From NCBI RefSeq assembly GCF_001194135.2, contig NC_068990.1, forward strand, positions 74,322,635 to 74,358,936: a stretch of DNA of 36,302 bases. Reading direction: 5' to 3'. Under the pieces are notes generated by a model. That model made no database searches. It saw nothing but the letters and a program-made list of their open reading frames with translations, and was not told where the DNA came from. A program made the translations under genes and the position numbers. Each line of letters starts with the position of its first letter. Position 1 is the first letter of the stretch. The DNA comes from Octopus bimaculoides. Lineage: Eukaryota. Positions 23,105-34,200 of the stretch are shown piece after piece.

Positions 23105-23335
23105 CTGGCAGAAGCCGTAGTACGCCGAGCAAAGTGCTTAGCGAATTTCGTCTATCTTTATGTTCTGAGTTGAAATTCCGCCGAGGTCGACTTTGCCTTT
23201 CGTCCTTTCAGAGTCGGTAAATTAAGTACCAGTTGCGTATTGGGGTCGATGTAATCGACTGGCCCACTCCCCCAAAATTTCGGGCCTTGTGCCTAGAGTT
23301 GAAAAGATTATTATTATTATTGTTGTTGTTGTTAT
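23105..23335 (+). mobile_element. tRNA-derived SINE with (ATT)n(GTT)n tail
   Basis: tggcagaagccgtag...gagttgaaattccgccgaggtcgactttgcc...aattaagtaccagttgcgtattggggtcgatg...gcctagagttgaaaag-attattatt. Confidence 0.9.
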
Positions 23336-23436
23336 AGACGTCGCACAGTATACTATATCATGAGGTTATTGATTGACAATAATATGACTACAGGTGGTTT
23401 GTACTGTTTGTCAAGTCACAACAAGCACCTCAGACG
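23336..23436 (-). mobile_element. Isolated 3' UTR of about 100 bp from the R4/Dong-like family of 21074-22190
   Basis: agacgtcgcacag...tttgtactgtttgtcaagtcacaacaagcacctcagac aligns to 21078-21177; it abuts the trinucleotide tail of the SINE. Confidence 0.8.
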
Positions 23437-23577
23437 TTATTACCATCCGCTTTGGCGAAGGCGGAGATATTGTTTTCAGTCGCGTCTGGTTGTTTGTCCG
23501 TGGACAAGATATCTCAAGAACCGCTTCAAGGATTGGGATGAAACTTTCAGGGATGTTTGGCGTTTTAGTCACGACGC
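23437..23577 (+). mobile_element. Helentron-associated (HINE-like) element, copy 2
   Basis: ttattacca-tccgcttt-ggcg-aaggcgga hairpin, followed by the same gatatctcaagaacc...gatgaaactttcagg block as copy 1. Confidence 0.5.
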
Positions 23578-24180
23578 CAAATTATACATTTCAATAATTG
23601 GTCAGTTAATGATATTGAAACTGTAAGTCACGAGTGGTATGGCTTAAGTATTGATCGCTTCGATCCTGTTTCTTGCATTCATCTCTGTCTTGAGCATTGC
23701 CTTTACCCTGCGATAACATTCTTTTATCATCCTTTCCCTCATCACTGAATGTTTGATTCTCTCACCTTCAAATACCCCTAGGTATTTGTAGCACTCCGCT
23801 GGTTCTAATGCTTTTATGACATTCTGTTGGTCAAGGTGAACAGTGGATGTTTCTGCCATGTTTTCTTTGATAAAAGTACCTTTTGCACATTTATCCAGGC
23901 CAAATTGCATCCTGATGTCATCACTGAAGTGTTTAACAGTTGCTAGTAAGCCCTGTAGTTTTTGGTCATTTTTTGCCAAGAGCTTTAAATCATCCATGTA
24001 AATGAGATGATTTTATATTTTTATCAGACATTTTATAGCCATATTGTACATCATCGTGCAATTTCGAGAGACGTATTAAGGCTAGACAAAAGAAGAGTGG
24101 TGATAGACCCCTCAAAAATGCCACGCGAAATTCTTACATCTCCAGCATTGAGAAATTCAATGTCACTGTTCAAAGTCAGT
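23578..24180 (-). mobile_element. R4/Dong-like non-LTR reverse transcriptase fragment
   Basis: AGDVRISRGIFEG..SPLFFCLAL...YGYKM...HLIYMDDLKLLAKNDQKLQGLL...MQFGLDKCAK...YKYLG...NARNRIEAINT*AIPLVTYSFNII; includes supplied ORF 23644..23997. Confidence 0.92.
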
Positions 24181-24182
24181 GT

Positions 24183-24423
24183 TTTGCATTTGTACAAGTT
24201 GGATCCAAGTCTCACCCAGAGACCTCAAGAGACAACAAGTTAGAAGTTCATATAGGTGTTATGCCTAGGGTACCATATATTTGGATTTCTACAGTTTTGT
24301 TCAAGTGAATGTTTAAGAAACCATAAGAAAATTATGTGTTTGCTTTAAAATTTGAGATCACATAGACAGTATTTTACGTAGGATATGGGCAGTTCTCATG
24401 AGCACTATCTTTTGAACTTCAGC
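24183..24423 (-). mobile_element. R4/Dong-like 3' end (last REL codons + 3' UTR), copy left of the gap
   Basis: AEVQKIVLMRTAHILRKILSM* followed by a 3' UTR; near-duplicate of 24447-24689. Confidence 0.85.
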
Positions 24424-24433
24424 NNNNNNNNNN

Positions 24434-24843
24434 GTTTGACTTTTGCTTTGCATTTGTACAAGTTGGATCCAAGTCTTACCCAGAGACCTCAAGAGACAAC
24501 AAGTTAGAAGTTCATGTAGGTGTTATGACTACGGTACCATATATTTGGATTTGTACATAGTGTTGTTCTAGAGAATGTTTAAGAAACCATAAGAAAATTA
24601 TGTGTTTGTTTTAAAATTTGAGATCACATAGACAGTATTTTACGTAGGATATGGGCAGTTCTCATGAGCACTATCTTTTGAACTTCAGCCGTTTTAGGGT
24701 TTCCTGGTATCTGAAATAGGTAGTAATCAGCCCGTTTCTCTGTCTTTCCCAGGGCACCTATGACAATAGGTATTGTTTTAGTCTTCAGGTACCAATACCT
24801 ATTGTCATAGGTGCCCTAGGAATGACAGCGAAACGGGCTGATT
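24434..24843 (-). mobile_element. R4/Dong-like 3' end with a snap-back inverted 5' segment
   Basis: YLKTKTIPIVIGALGKTEKRADYYLFQIPGNPKTAEVQKIVLMRTAHILRKILSM*; 24794-24843 is the inverted copy of 24725-24774. Confidence 0.88.
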
Positions 24844-24849
24844 TTTAAA

Positions 24850-24850
<1 letters not shown>

Positions 24851-24904
<54 letters not shown>

Positions 24905-24914
24905 ACTATTGTTT

Positions 24915-24945
<31 letters not shown>
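24851..24945. repeat. (ATT)n-(GTT)n compound microsatellite
   Basis: Read directly from the sequence. Confidence 0.95.
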
Positions 24946-24947
<2 letters not shown>

Positions 24948-25289
24948 TACTTCTCAGAGCGCTGGATCTTGTTTGCTTTGGTACAATCTATGAGAGTGGA
25001 CAGCAGCCTGCTGTCAGAGATCTCACAGGGTCTCTTTCCGCACGTTATAAGCTTTGATACTTGGTTGTTAATAATCGTGAGAGACATTCAACCTCCAAGT
25101 ATCAATCTCAAAATCCTAGCTGTCCCCAGCAGCGCAATTCCGTAGGCTTGCTCTGCTCTCATATCAATTCCGATTTCTCTGACATATTTCTCAAACTTGG
25201 TTGTTAATAATCCCAGCGCCCCTACAGCTACTGGAATGACAGGCACTCTCCTCATAGTACACATTCTTGCAATTTCGTCTTTTAGTAGT
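24946..25289 (-). mobile_element. R4/Dong-like 3' end, different subfamily
   Basis: KYRLLKDEIARMCTMRRVPVIPVAVGALGLLTTKFEKYVREIGIDMRAEQAYGIALLGTARILRLILGG* followed by a distinct 3' UTR; flanked by trinucleotide tracts on both sides. Confidence 0.88.
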
Positions 25290-25702
25290 CTGTACTTTTA
25301 TCATTATCATCATCGTCATCATCATCATCATCATCATCATCATTATTATTATTAACATTATTGTCATCTATCGTTTGATAAATGTAGAATAGATAATCAC
25401 CGCATAGGTGCTCGGGTTAGTTAAGTTTCTAAAAATTCAAAATCATAATCAGGGCCAAATAGTTCAACAGAACAAGAGTCTATCAAAAATGTATAGCCCA
25501 ACCAGTTTATAAATAAATAAACAATGGACAAGCAAATATATATGACACGAAATTATCTATAAATGATGTTAAATAGGCATAAGCATAATTATATCTCGCC
25601 GAAGACCATTTTTCCATGTGATGGTCTTGAAAAATTGCTAAGATATTAAGATATTTTTATAAATATGATACCAATGATAGCCTTAATAGACAGGTACAGA
25701 TG

Positions 25703-26136
25703 TTTTGCCAACATAATGTGACAGTCACATTTGCGGCGAATGCTACTGTTGTTTAACCCCAGAGGTCTTCGTTTCTAGCTGGCTATACGACACACGATCT
25801 GTGTCCCTATATTTTCGAACACACACACACACACGCATGTATGTGTTTATATACGCATATATGTATTTATATACGCATATGTGTATTTTATATACGCATA
25901 TATACGTGTAAGTGTAAACATGTATATGTGTTCATGTATTCATACATACATGCATGCATACATACTGTGTGGCCGGGTGTAGATTTCTCAGATGGTACGT
26001 TGGCAAAATAGTCAGAGCGTCGGAAAATATGTCTTTCGGTATTTCTTGCACCAATTTACTTCCTGAGTTCAAATTCCAACGATGTTAAGTTATATTTTTT
26101 CCCACATACTTATATGCATACTGTATAACTTCGCAT

Positions 26137-26202
<66 letters not shown>

Positions 26203-26480
26203 TACATGTTCTAGCTAGTCATTTACTGCAGCTTCAAAATTTTCAGTGGCAGGATGATGCAATAATGTATATTGCGCAAACAGGTATACATAGTGCTAAA
26301 ATAATACACGCCAGAAAATTAGAAACCATTATCAAGAACTGCACAGGATACGTCGATAAAAGTGTCGAAGTGTAAATTTTCTCGTCAGAAGGAAGCATAA
26401 TGCAAATTCAGAGGTACTAAACTGTACATTTAAGAACGAACTAACAGCAATATATATATATATATAACAAATTAAAAGGG

Positions 26481-26562
<82 letters not shown>

Positions 26563-26821
26563 TGTATGTATGTATGTGTGTGTGTATGTATGTATGTATG
26601 TATGTATGCATGCATGTATGTATGCATGTATGTATGTATGCATGCATGTATGTATGCATGCATGTATGTATGTGTTTGTTTGTGTATGTATGTATGTACG
26701 TATACATACACACATATACATGTATATACATACACGCATATATGCGTATATAAATACACACACATATGCGTGTGTGTGTGTTCGAAAATATAGGGACACA
26801 GATCATGTGTCGTATAGCCAG
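25703..26821. mobile_element. Long-TIR foldback/MITE-like element A with microsatellite-filled interior
   Basis: 25779-25822 and 26778-26821 are inverted repeats (43 of 44 matching). The left arm extends outward to ttttgccaacataatgtg, homologous to the ends of element B. Confidence 0.65.
26450..26780. repeat. Compound (TA)n/(ATGT)n/(ATGC)n microsatellite
   Basis: Read directly from the sequence; source of several spurious ORFs. Confidence 0.95.
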
Positions 26822-26989
26822 ATTCAGAGATATTTCTCTTCGTCGGAACAGAATAATTCTTTGGCTGAGATGGCGCTGCTAAACACTCGTTCGAAAACAT
26901 ATATAAATTTCTAAGTGGCTCACAGTCACTAAAATAGAAACATTGTTGTTTTTAAATCTCTCAACGAGAGATATTCAGTAGCAGCACTT

Positions 26990-27322
26990 TAAAGTAACGA
27001 TTTTTTTGCCAACCTAATGTGGGCGAATGCTACTGCTATTTAGCTCCAGAAGACAGCGTCTCCAGCTGGCTTTACTATGCACGATCTGTGTACTTATATT
27101 TTCAAACACTGGAGGTTAGCACCTCCACCAAGTACAAATCAGTATCTGCGGACCTTTATTCTGTGCTGACGAAGCGAAATAACCCTGAAACCATACGGTC
27201 CATAGATACTGCTTTATGCTGGGTGGGGATGCTAACCTTCCCTGTCTCCTGGTGCTAAACAACGGTAGCATTCGCCCCAAAATGGTACTGCCACATTAGG
27301 TTGGCAAAAATCCATTACTTTA
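26990..27322. mobile_element. Near-fully palindromic foldback/MITE element B (same family as A)
   Basis: tttttgccaacctaatgtgg (27003) pairs exactly with ccacattaggttggcaaaaa (27291-27310). The arms continue inward through gcgaatgctac, ggaggttagca and cagtatct..ggacc, leaving a central loop of about 40 nt. Possible TA flanks. Confidence 0.75.
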
Positions 27323-27757
27323 TATATACATATATATACATATATAAATTAATTTGCGAAGGTGTCATTTTATATATACATATAAATATATATATATATA
27401 NNNNNNNNNNNNNNNNNNNNNNNNNNNNNNNNNNNNNNNNNNNNNNNNNNNNNNNNNNNNNNNNNNNNNNNNNNNNNNNNNNNNNNNNNNNNNNNNNNNN
27501 NNNNNNNNNNNNNNNNNNNNNNNNNNNNNNNNNNNNNNNNNNNNNNNNNNNNNNNNNNNNNNNNNNNNNNNNNNNNNNNNNNNNNNNNNNNNNNNNNNNN
27601 NNNNNNNNNNNNNNNNNNNNNNNNNNNNNNNNNNNNNNNNNNNNNNNNNNNNNNNNNNNNNNNNNNNNNNNNNNNNNNNNNNNNNNNNNNNNNNNNNNNN
27701 NNNNNNNNNNNNNNNNNNNNNNNNNNNNNNNNNNNNNNNNNNNNNNNNNNNNNNNNN

Positions 27758-27791
<34 letters not shown>

Positions 27792-28231
27792 TCATACAAT
27801 TCACGGCATACGTATATAGAAAAATACATACATTCTTACAATACACACAGACACACACACACACATATATATATATATTCAAACCGAGGCATAGACGAAA
27901 CACAATTTCTTGTGCGTGATTGGTTAGCTTTGGTAAGAGCAGCATATATTCAATTGCATTTGCTTCTTCTCGAGACCCACATTTTAAGAGGAACATGAAT
28001 AATTGATAACTTGATTGTGTATGCATGACATAGGGAAGATATTTTATTACTAAGTACTTAGAATCTATGAAATATCCAAAGGTTGTAGGTTATGATTAAT
28101 GCTAAGAAATGTTAATGCTTTTTTTCTACTGTAAACTTTCTCTAATATCAGTAACACAACACAGTTCAAATGCTACTATGAGATGGAATGTTTTAATTGG
28201 TCAAGAACTGAAGACGTACTACGTTTGTTGT

Positions 28232-28473
28232 AAAATAATAATAATAATAATAATAGTAATTCTTTCTACTCTAGGCACAAAGACCGAAATATTAGGGGAG
28301 GGGGCCAGTCGATTAGATTGACCCCAGTACGCAACTGGTACTTAATTTATCGACACCGAAAGGATGATAAGCAAAATCGACTTCGGCGGAATTTGAACTC
28401 AGAACGTAAAGTCAGACGAAATACCGCTAAGCATTTCGCCTGGCGTGCTAACGTTTCTGCCAGCTCGGTGCCT
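28232..28473 (-). mobile_element. tRNA-derived SINE with (ATT)n tail
   Basis: ctttctactctaggcac...gaccccagtacgcaactggtacttaatttatcgac...ggcggaatttgaactcagaacg...ttctgccagctcg. Confidence 0.92.
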
Positions 28474-28490
28474 TAATAATAATAATAAAG

Positions 28491-28576
<86 letters not shown>

Positions 28577-28650
28577 AATAACAACAACAACAAAAACAAA
28601 AACAACAACAACAATAACAACAGCAACAACAAAAATAATAATAATAAACT
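28474..28650. repeat. (TAA)n/(CAA)n compound microsatellite
   Basis: Read directly from the sequence. Confidence 0.95.
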
Positions 28651-29035
28651 TAATTTAGAAAGAAAACCAACTATGCTGGATCATAGATATGGCACGCCCA
28701 GCTGACAACAAGGTCTGTGATAAGAAAGAAAGAAGAGTTGAGAGATATGACAGGTTAGCTTGGGAAGTGAAGCAGTTATTGTCGATGAAAAAAGTAGCAG
28801 TAGTACCAACAATTGTCAGAGCCCTGGCAACTGTGAGAAAAAAAATCTCGAGAAGTACGTGGAACAAATAGGGGCTGCAATAAGAGTGGAGCACTTGCAG
28901 AAAACAGCAGTGCTTGGAAACGCACGAATACTCCGGAAGGTGCTCGAAAAATAAGAGGTGTTACCTTAGTTCACTGGTAGTGAACAGCCGACACTGTAGT
29001 ACATCTCCAGTGTTAGAAGCTGTGCAAAGGCAATG
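28651..29035 (+). mobile_element. R4/Dong-like 3' end (REL domain + 3' UTR) inserted in (TAA)n
   Basis: QLCWIIDMARPADNKVCDKKERRVERYDRLAWEVKQLLSMKKVAVVPTIVRALATV/NLEKYVEQIGAAIRVEHLQKTAVLGNARILRKVLEK*, joined from supplied ORFs 28689..28871 and 28760..28954 across a frameshift. TAA tracts on both sides. Confidence 0.92.
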
Positions 29036-29049
29036 ATGATGATGACAAC

Positions 29050-29135
<86 letters not shown>

Positions 29136-29145
29136 TGATAATAAT
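29036..29145. repeat. (TAA)n microsatellite
   Basis: Read directly from the sequence. Confidence 0.95.
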
Positions 29146-29583
29146 CACAAATTTTGGTGCAAGGCCAATAATTTCGGGGAAGAGTAAGTCGATTACATCA
29201 CACTCAGTGCCTGACTGGCTTTTTTTTTTATCGACCTTTGATATGAATGAAAGGCATATCGACCTCGGTGGCATTCGAACTCAGGATCTAAAGCCGGAAG
29301 AAACGAATTAAGCAGTTGTTCTCTGTGTGCTAAGATCATGCTAGAACGCCATCTTAATAATAATTATTTCGAATTTTTGCTACAAGGGCAGCTTGCTGGA
29401 GGTGGGGATAAGTCGATTACATCGACCCCCAGTGTTCAGCTAGTACTTATTTCATCGACCCCGAAAGGATGAAAGGCAAAGTCAACCTTGGCGGGATTTC
29501 AACTCAGAACGTAACGACGGGCGAAATACCGTTAAGCATTTCGTTCAGCATGTTAACGATCCTGCCAGCTCGCCGCCATCTTA
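29146..29583 (-). mobile_element. Two tandem tRNA-derived SINEs (29146-29355 and 29365-29583)
   Basis: Each has gtcgattacatc, gaaaggca..gtc.acct.gg.gg.attt.aactcag and a head ending cgccatcttaataat. Confidence 0.85.
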
Positions 29584-29741
29584 ATAATAATGATAATAAT
29601 ATTTTTTTATTAATAACTATGGTTTAGCTTACGTCTCATCGTTCCAGGAAAAGAAAATGTGTGACTGCAATGTTCTGCGGTTACGGGGATGGTTTTTTTT
29701 AAAATTTGATACGTCACTCTTCTATTCAAACTTGTTTTCTG

Positions 29742-29751
29742 AGTAGTAGTA

Positions 29752-29816
<65 letters not shown>

Positions 29817-29840
29817 TGTTGTAGTAGCAGCAGCAGCAAG
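29742..29840. repeat. (AGT)n/(AGC)n microsatellite
   Basis: Read directly from the sequence. Confidence 0.95.
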
Positions 29841-30129
29841 GGTGATAGTGGTAATGGTTCGTTTTTGTGTTTGTGCTTGATATGCCTAGCGTTGATATTT
29901 TATGACTATCTGCAGTCACTAATGGCAAATTCTTACATCTACATCAGACCCCCCCCCCCCAGCACGTTTGGAGTATCGCCCCTGCTTTCGTTTCTTTCCA
30001 CAGCCTTGATATTTCCTTCAAGCTTTCCTGTTTGACTTTTGTTTCACACTTTTGCTACCTTAGTCGGTGGTGTATCATCATCTTCATTATCGTCATCATC
30101 ACCATCATCACCACCATCACCACCATCAT

Positions 30130-30372
30130 GCAAACACACCAACACCGGTTGTCAAGCTGTGGAAAAACTCAGACGCAAGGGTACACACACACACATACAT
30201 ATACATATATATAGTATATGTGTGAGTGTATACGACGGGCTTCTTTCAGTTTTCGTCTACAAAATCCACTGATAAGGCTTTGATCGGCCGAAAGGTAGAA
30301 AAAAAGTGCCACACAGTGAGACTGAACCCGGAACCATGTCGTTGGGAAGCAAGCTTCGTACCATACAACCCA
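30130..30372 (-). mobile_element. 5' half of microsatellite-containing tRNA-derived SINE
   Basis: Minus strand: tRNA-like head with ggttccgggttcagtc (box B), ...gtggattttgtagacgaaaactgaaagaagcccgtcgtata, an internal (TA)/(TG) tract, then gcttgacaaccggtg, which links to the 3' halves seen at 8290-8500. Confidence 0.8.
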
Positions 30373-30699
30373 TCAACATCGTCGTCGTCATCGTCATGAT
30401 CAATATTTAGCACAGGTCTTGTGCCTAGAGCAGAAGGAATTATTATTATTATTATTGTTATTGTTGTTGTTGTTGTTGTTGTTGTTGTTATATGTATAAA
30501 CATACAGGCCGAAATAATTAGTTTAGAAATGATACATTAAGAAAGTTATTAAATATTGAAACGTACCTAGAATAGTTTATATATGAATATTATTCAATAA
30601 ATGATACTGAGAAACATTCTGTAACAGGAGTTTGGTCTGTTCTAGAAATGCTTATTTTGAAATACATTCTACCACTTTCGTAAATAAGGAACATATTGA

Positions 30700-32850
30700 A
30701 TATAGCTTTCAGTTAATCACAGTTTTGTTTCTCGCCCTTGATAAGTCATTTTGAATTTTCTGAAAACAGTTCTTTCTGTATAGCTTAAGATATATAAATG
30801 AAAACTTAAGGAGTTGGTTGGAATCAAATTAGAGTTTCTATCTCTAAAGTAATTTACCTTAATATATTACTATTTCCCATCTCCATAAAGAAGACAATAT
30901 TTTTCTATCAATGCGAACATGACAAAAAAATGTAAGTCTTTTACACCTTGCATTATATCCCAAGAGAAATTGTATGAGAATAGTAAATAATGTTGCAATA
31001 TTTCTTTCAAACTACGTATTACTTTAATCAGAATACATGTTTTAGTATATTTATTGCAATAATATTTTGGCATTTTGCCACAGAATCTTCCAGCAGTACT
31101 TCATTTCTACAGTGATTTTCCTAGCATTCGTCTTTTACTTGCCTTTTCCTTGAAAACTTAGATCTTCCTACTTCTTTATTACATGTAGTAAATTCAATCT
31201 ATATTGATTAATAAATGGGTTCTTATCAAATATACGGGCGTATTTACTCGAAAATGCTATCAAGAACTTTTGTCCATGATTGCTGATTCATTTTGATCAA
31301 TTCAAAATTATGTTTGCCACAACATCTGTATTGCAGTATTGAGGATTTTCACATAAGCTCTATTGTCTCGGAGCAAAGCCAGATGAATTGGCAGGATATT
31401 ATCAGCATTCTTCGAACTTCTGTCACTTACCCTATCCCTTCAGATTTGTTAGAACTGAAAAACACAATGTCTACTAACTTCTAATGACACGAAAGGGAAG
31501 AAGTTTATTGACAAAATGCCACTGTATGCCTCTTGAGGAATAACAATTGACTTGGGAGCGAACCGAGCTGAAATCACATAATATCAGTTTACTTTTGTTT
31601 CCATTACCATTAATGTTAGCTGTGGTTATTGATGGAATATGTGATGGAATGAATCTTCATTATTTCATATAAATTATAGCTTTCATTCTACAAAGTAAAT
31701 TGAAACACAGACAATTCTTCCACAAGCTTTTCTCAAATGTCTTAAACTGTTGAAATCCCCAAACAAGATGTCGGCATTTCATTTACCAAATATATCTTCA
31801 TCATTGTTGTGAAATAACAGTAAAATGATATTTCATTATATGTATATTTGATTTGAATGTGTGCACGCATGTGTGTATGTGTGTTTACGTGTGTACTTTT
31901 GTATGTATCGCTTCAAATTTCTTGTGCCTAAATGTGTACATACAAACTTATTGTTTCATAGTTAGGAAATGCAAATACAGTTACTGCAAAACTAATAGAC
32001 CTAGATAAAAATATTCGCTCTTTCACTGAATTTTCATTGCAAAGCAGTCTCTAAGGGTTACGTCGCAGTAAAGAATGTTATCTTTATCCCAATAATTTTA
32101 TTGCAGTTATTACAAGTATTCCTATATATCATTTCTGGTATAGTTCTTTAAGTCATTCCCAATAACTCTAGCTTTCAGTCTGCATTAACGACAATCTCTA
32201 AGGAATAGAAGTCCTAAATGCATGAAATATTTCATTCATAAGGCCAGTAATATTATCTTTGTTGTTTTAAATAAGTATGAATATTTTACATGTCTCATTA
32301 GGACCTTTTGCTATTTATTGCTTGACATAACATTATATGAACATAATATTAGTAGTCACAAAAAACAAATTAAATTTCATGCCGTGAGAAGCGTAATGCA
32401 TAATGAACAGCACGTCGCAAAAGCTTCCACACTCTCTATATATACAAATCTTTCATGTGATACTACATATTTACCATAATCAAAATAGTATCCAAATGGT
32501 AAAGCTATTCATCGAGGAATACTACATATTTAGTTCCAAATACTTGCTGTTCGTTTACAGGGCATGTGAATTCTAAATTTGAGTATGGGCCACATATGTG
32601 GGTGATGCAGTTGTTCTACATAAAAAAAATATAAATAAGTGAACGTCTGCCAACTCACTGGCATAATCCCATCAACACTAACCTGCGTTTCTTTTGATAG
32701 TGCAACAGATTCTGTAGTAGTAAAACAGTTTGGCCCCGCTCCTTCCGAAACCAATCTTAGATGCCCACTTCAGATTGTTTCCTCACTCTGACAACTTTGT
32801 TTCTTACATCATCGTGTCGACAAAATTTCAGGAAACTTTCTTAATAAAGG
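30700..32850 (-). mobile_element. Possible heavily decayed hAT transposase (ZMYM1/TTF-finger-like)
   Basis: Weak motif remnants in the expected order: KLF..WD (about 32700), GYYFDYG/NM (about 32480, YDNG-like), ASH..FNLF.CD (about 32390), RKRQVKDE (about 31130) and TERTVFRKFK (about 30770, ERSFSKLK-like). Each match is poor on its own. Confidence 0.4.
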
Positions 32851-34200
32851 CCATAGTATTTTCGGGGATAAATACAAATGTGTATTCTGACTGTGAAAAT
32901 ATCATTTTTAAGATAAAACAATGAAAGCTGAAATAAACGATGAAATTACTCAAAGGTAAATGTCTAAAACTATAGATAATCAGAATGTGAGAATTAAAGA
33001 TACTGTTGGCCTTAGAATGCTGAAGCATCAAGTTGGATTTGACGAGATTTGAACTTATAACGTGAAAAAAGCCAAAAGAAAAAATCAGAGAACAGCAATT
33101 CCTAAAAATTGCGCAAATTACTCATACGTATAACAAACAGAAAATAACAGCATTATGCTGCACAGAACATAATCAAGAAAACAAATCAAAATACAGCACG
33201 TACCCAATGCTTACAGTGTTTCACTTGAATGCAGGTGTGAAAGAACCTCATAAAAACACAAAATTACGGAAATAAACATGCTCTTACCGTGAGAAATATA
33301 TTATTTTCATGTACTTCATGTTTGACTCAATCTAAATTGAAAAATAATGAGTAAAACTAACATCATGAACAAATATGAAAATTCGATTATGATGGTTCCT
33401 ACAGAATACTTAGATAAATGAACCAATGTTTATGTAGTTTATGTTATGTTGATGGTGATATTGGCAGTCATGAGGATGAAGCTAATCATAAGAACAACGC
33501 TGTTGCTGTCGTTTGATTTCGACGTGAGCATAATGGAGAAATCCTGTTTTTGAAAGTATTCCTACCTTAACAGTCACGTAGTTTTCAAATAGAGCTGAAT
33601 TTATATAATGTTCATATTTTTTGTTCCGAAGATAGGATTTGATTTGGGGAATATTTAGCTGCAATTTCTAGTTAATGAGTGGCCACTTAAATCTTCAGTT
33701 CTTAGCAAGGGTGAGAAGCACTTCTGGAGGGCAAGAATTTTAAGGTTTCAGAAGGTTTTCATGTAATTAATTCCCTGTAGCTTGGGTACAATCATAAATA
33801 TAATAGAACTTACGGAAGTATATCTTTACTTATCTTACATAAAACCACCAGTTCTTCCTTGCAGCACCTATCACAACCTCTCCACCTCATTTGGCACACT
33901 GAAAACCTCTCTGAGCAATGAAATACAAAAGGCATTCACATAACAGTCCCGTTTCTGAAGTATTAAAATAGAAATAGAATTAATTCCTCATTGGCTCTAA
34001 TACGAAGTGACTTTCTGAAGGAATGGAATAGAAAGTTTAAATGATAGTGGGTAAGATAGAATTGTTTTTTGACAGAAGTGAGTACTACCTGGTTTTTCTG
34101 TTGTATCGCTACATAAAAATATATCTTTCCTTCTATGTTAGCATGTAGGCTGGTTCCGGTGTTACACAAGGTATACATTCCAATTTATCCTCATCAAAGT

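Noticed and set aside
23307-23335. (ATT)n to (GTT)n shifts in tails as relics of A-to-I editing
   Set aside because: The same shift occurs on the T-rich strand regardless of element orientation; point mutation plus slippage explains it.
27164-27185. CTGACGA-AGC-GAAAT in the loop of foldback element B
   Set aside because: There is no room for helix II, and no helix III or NUH site; not a viable hammerhead.
31431-31454. 24-nt micro-exon candidate on the minus strand (tttttcag...AGG/gtaagt)
   Set aside because: Unsupported by other exons and lies inside the putative hAT fossil.
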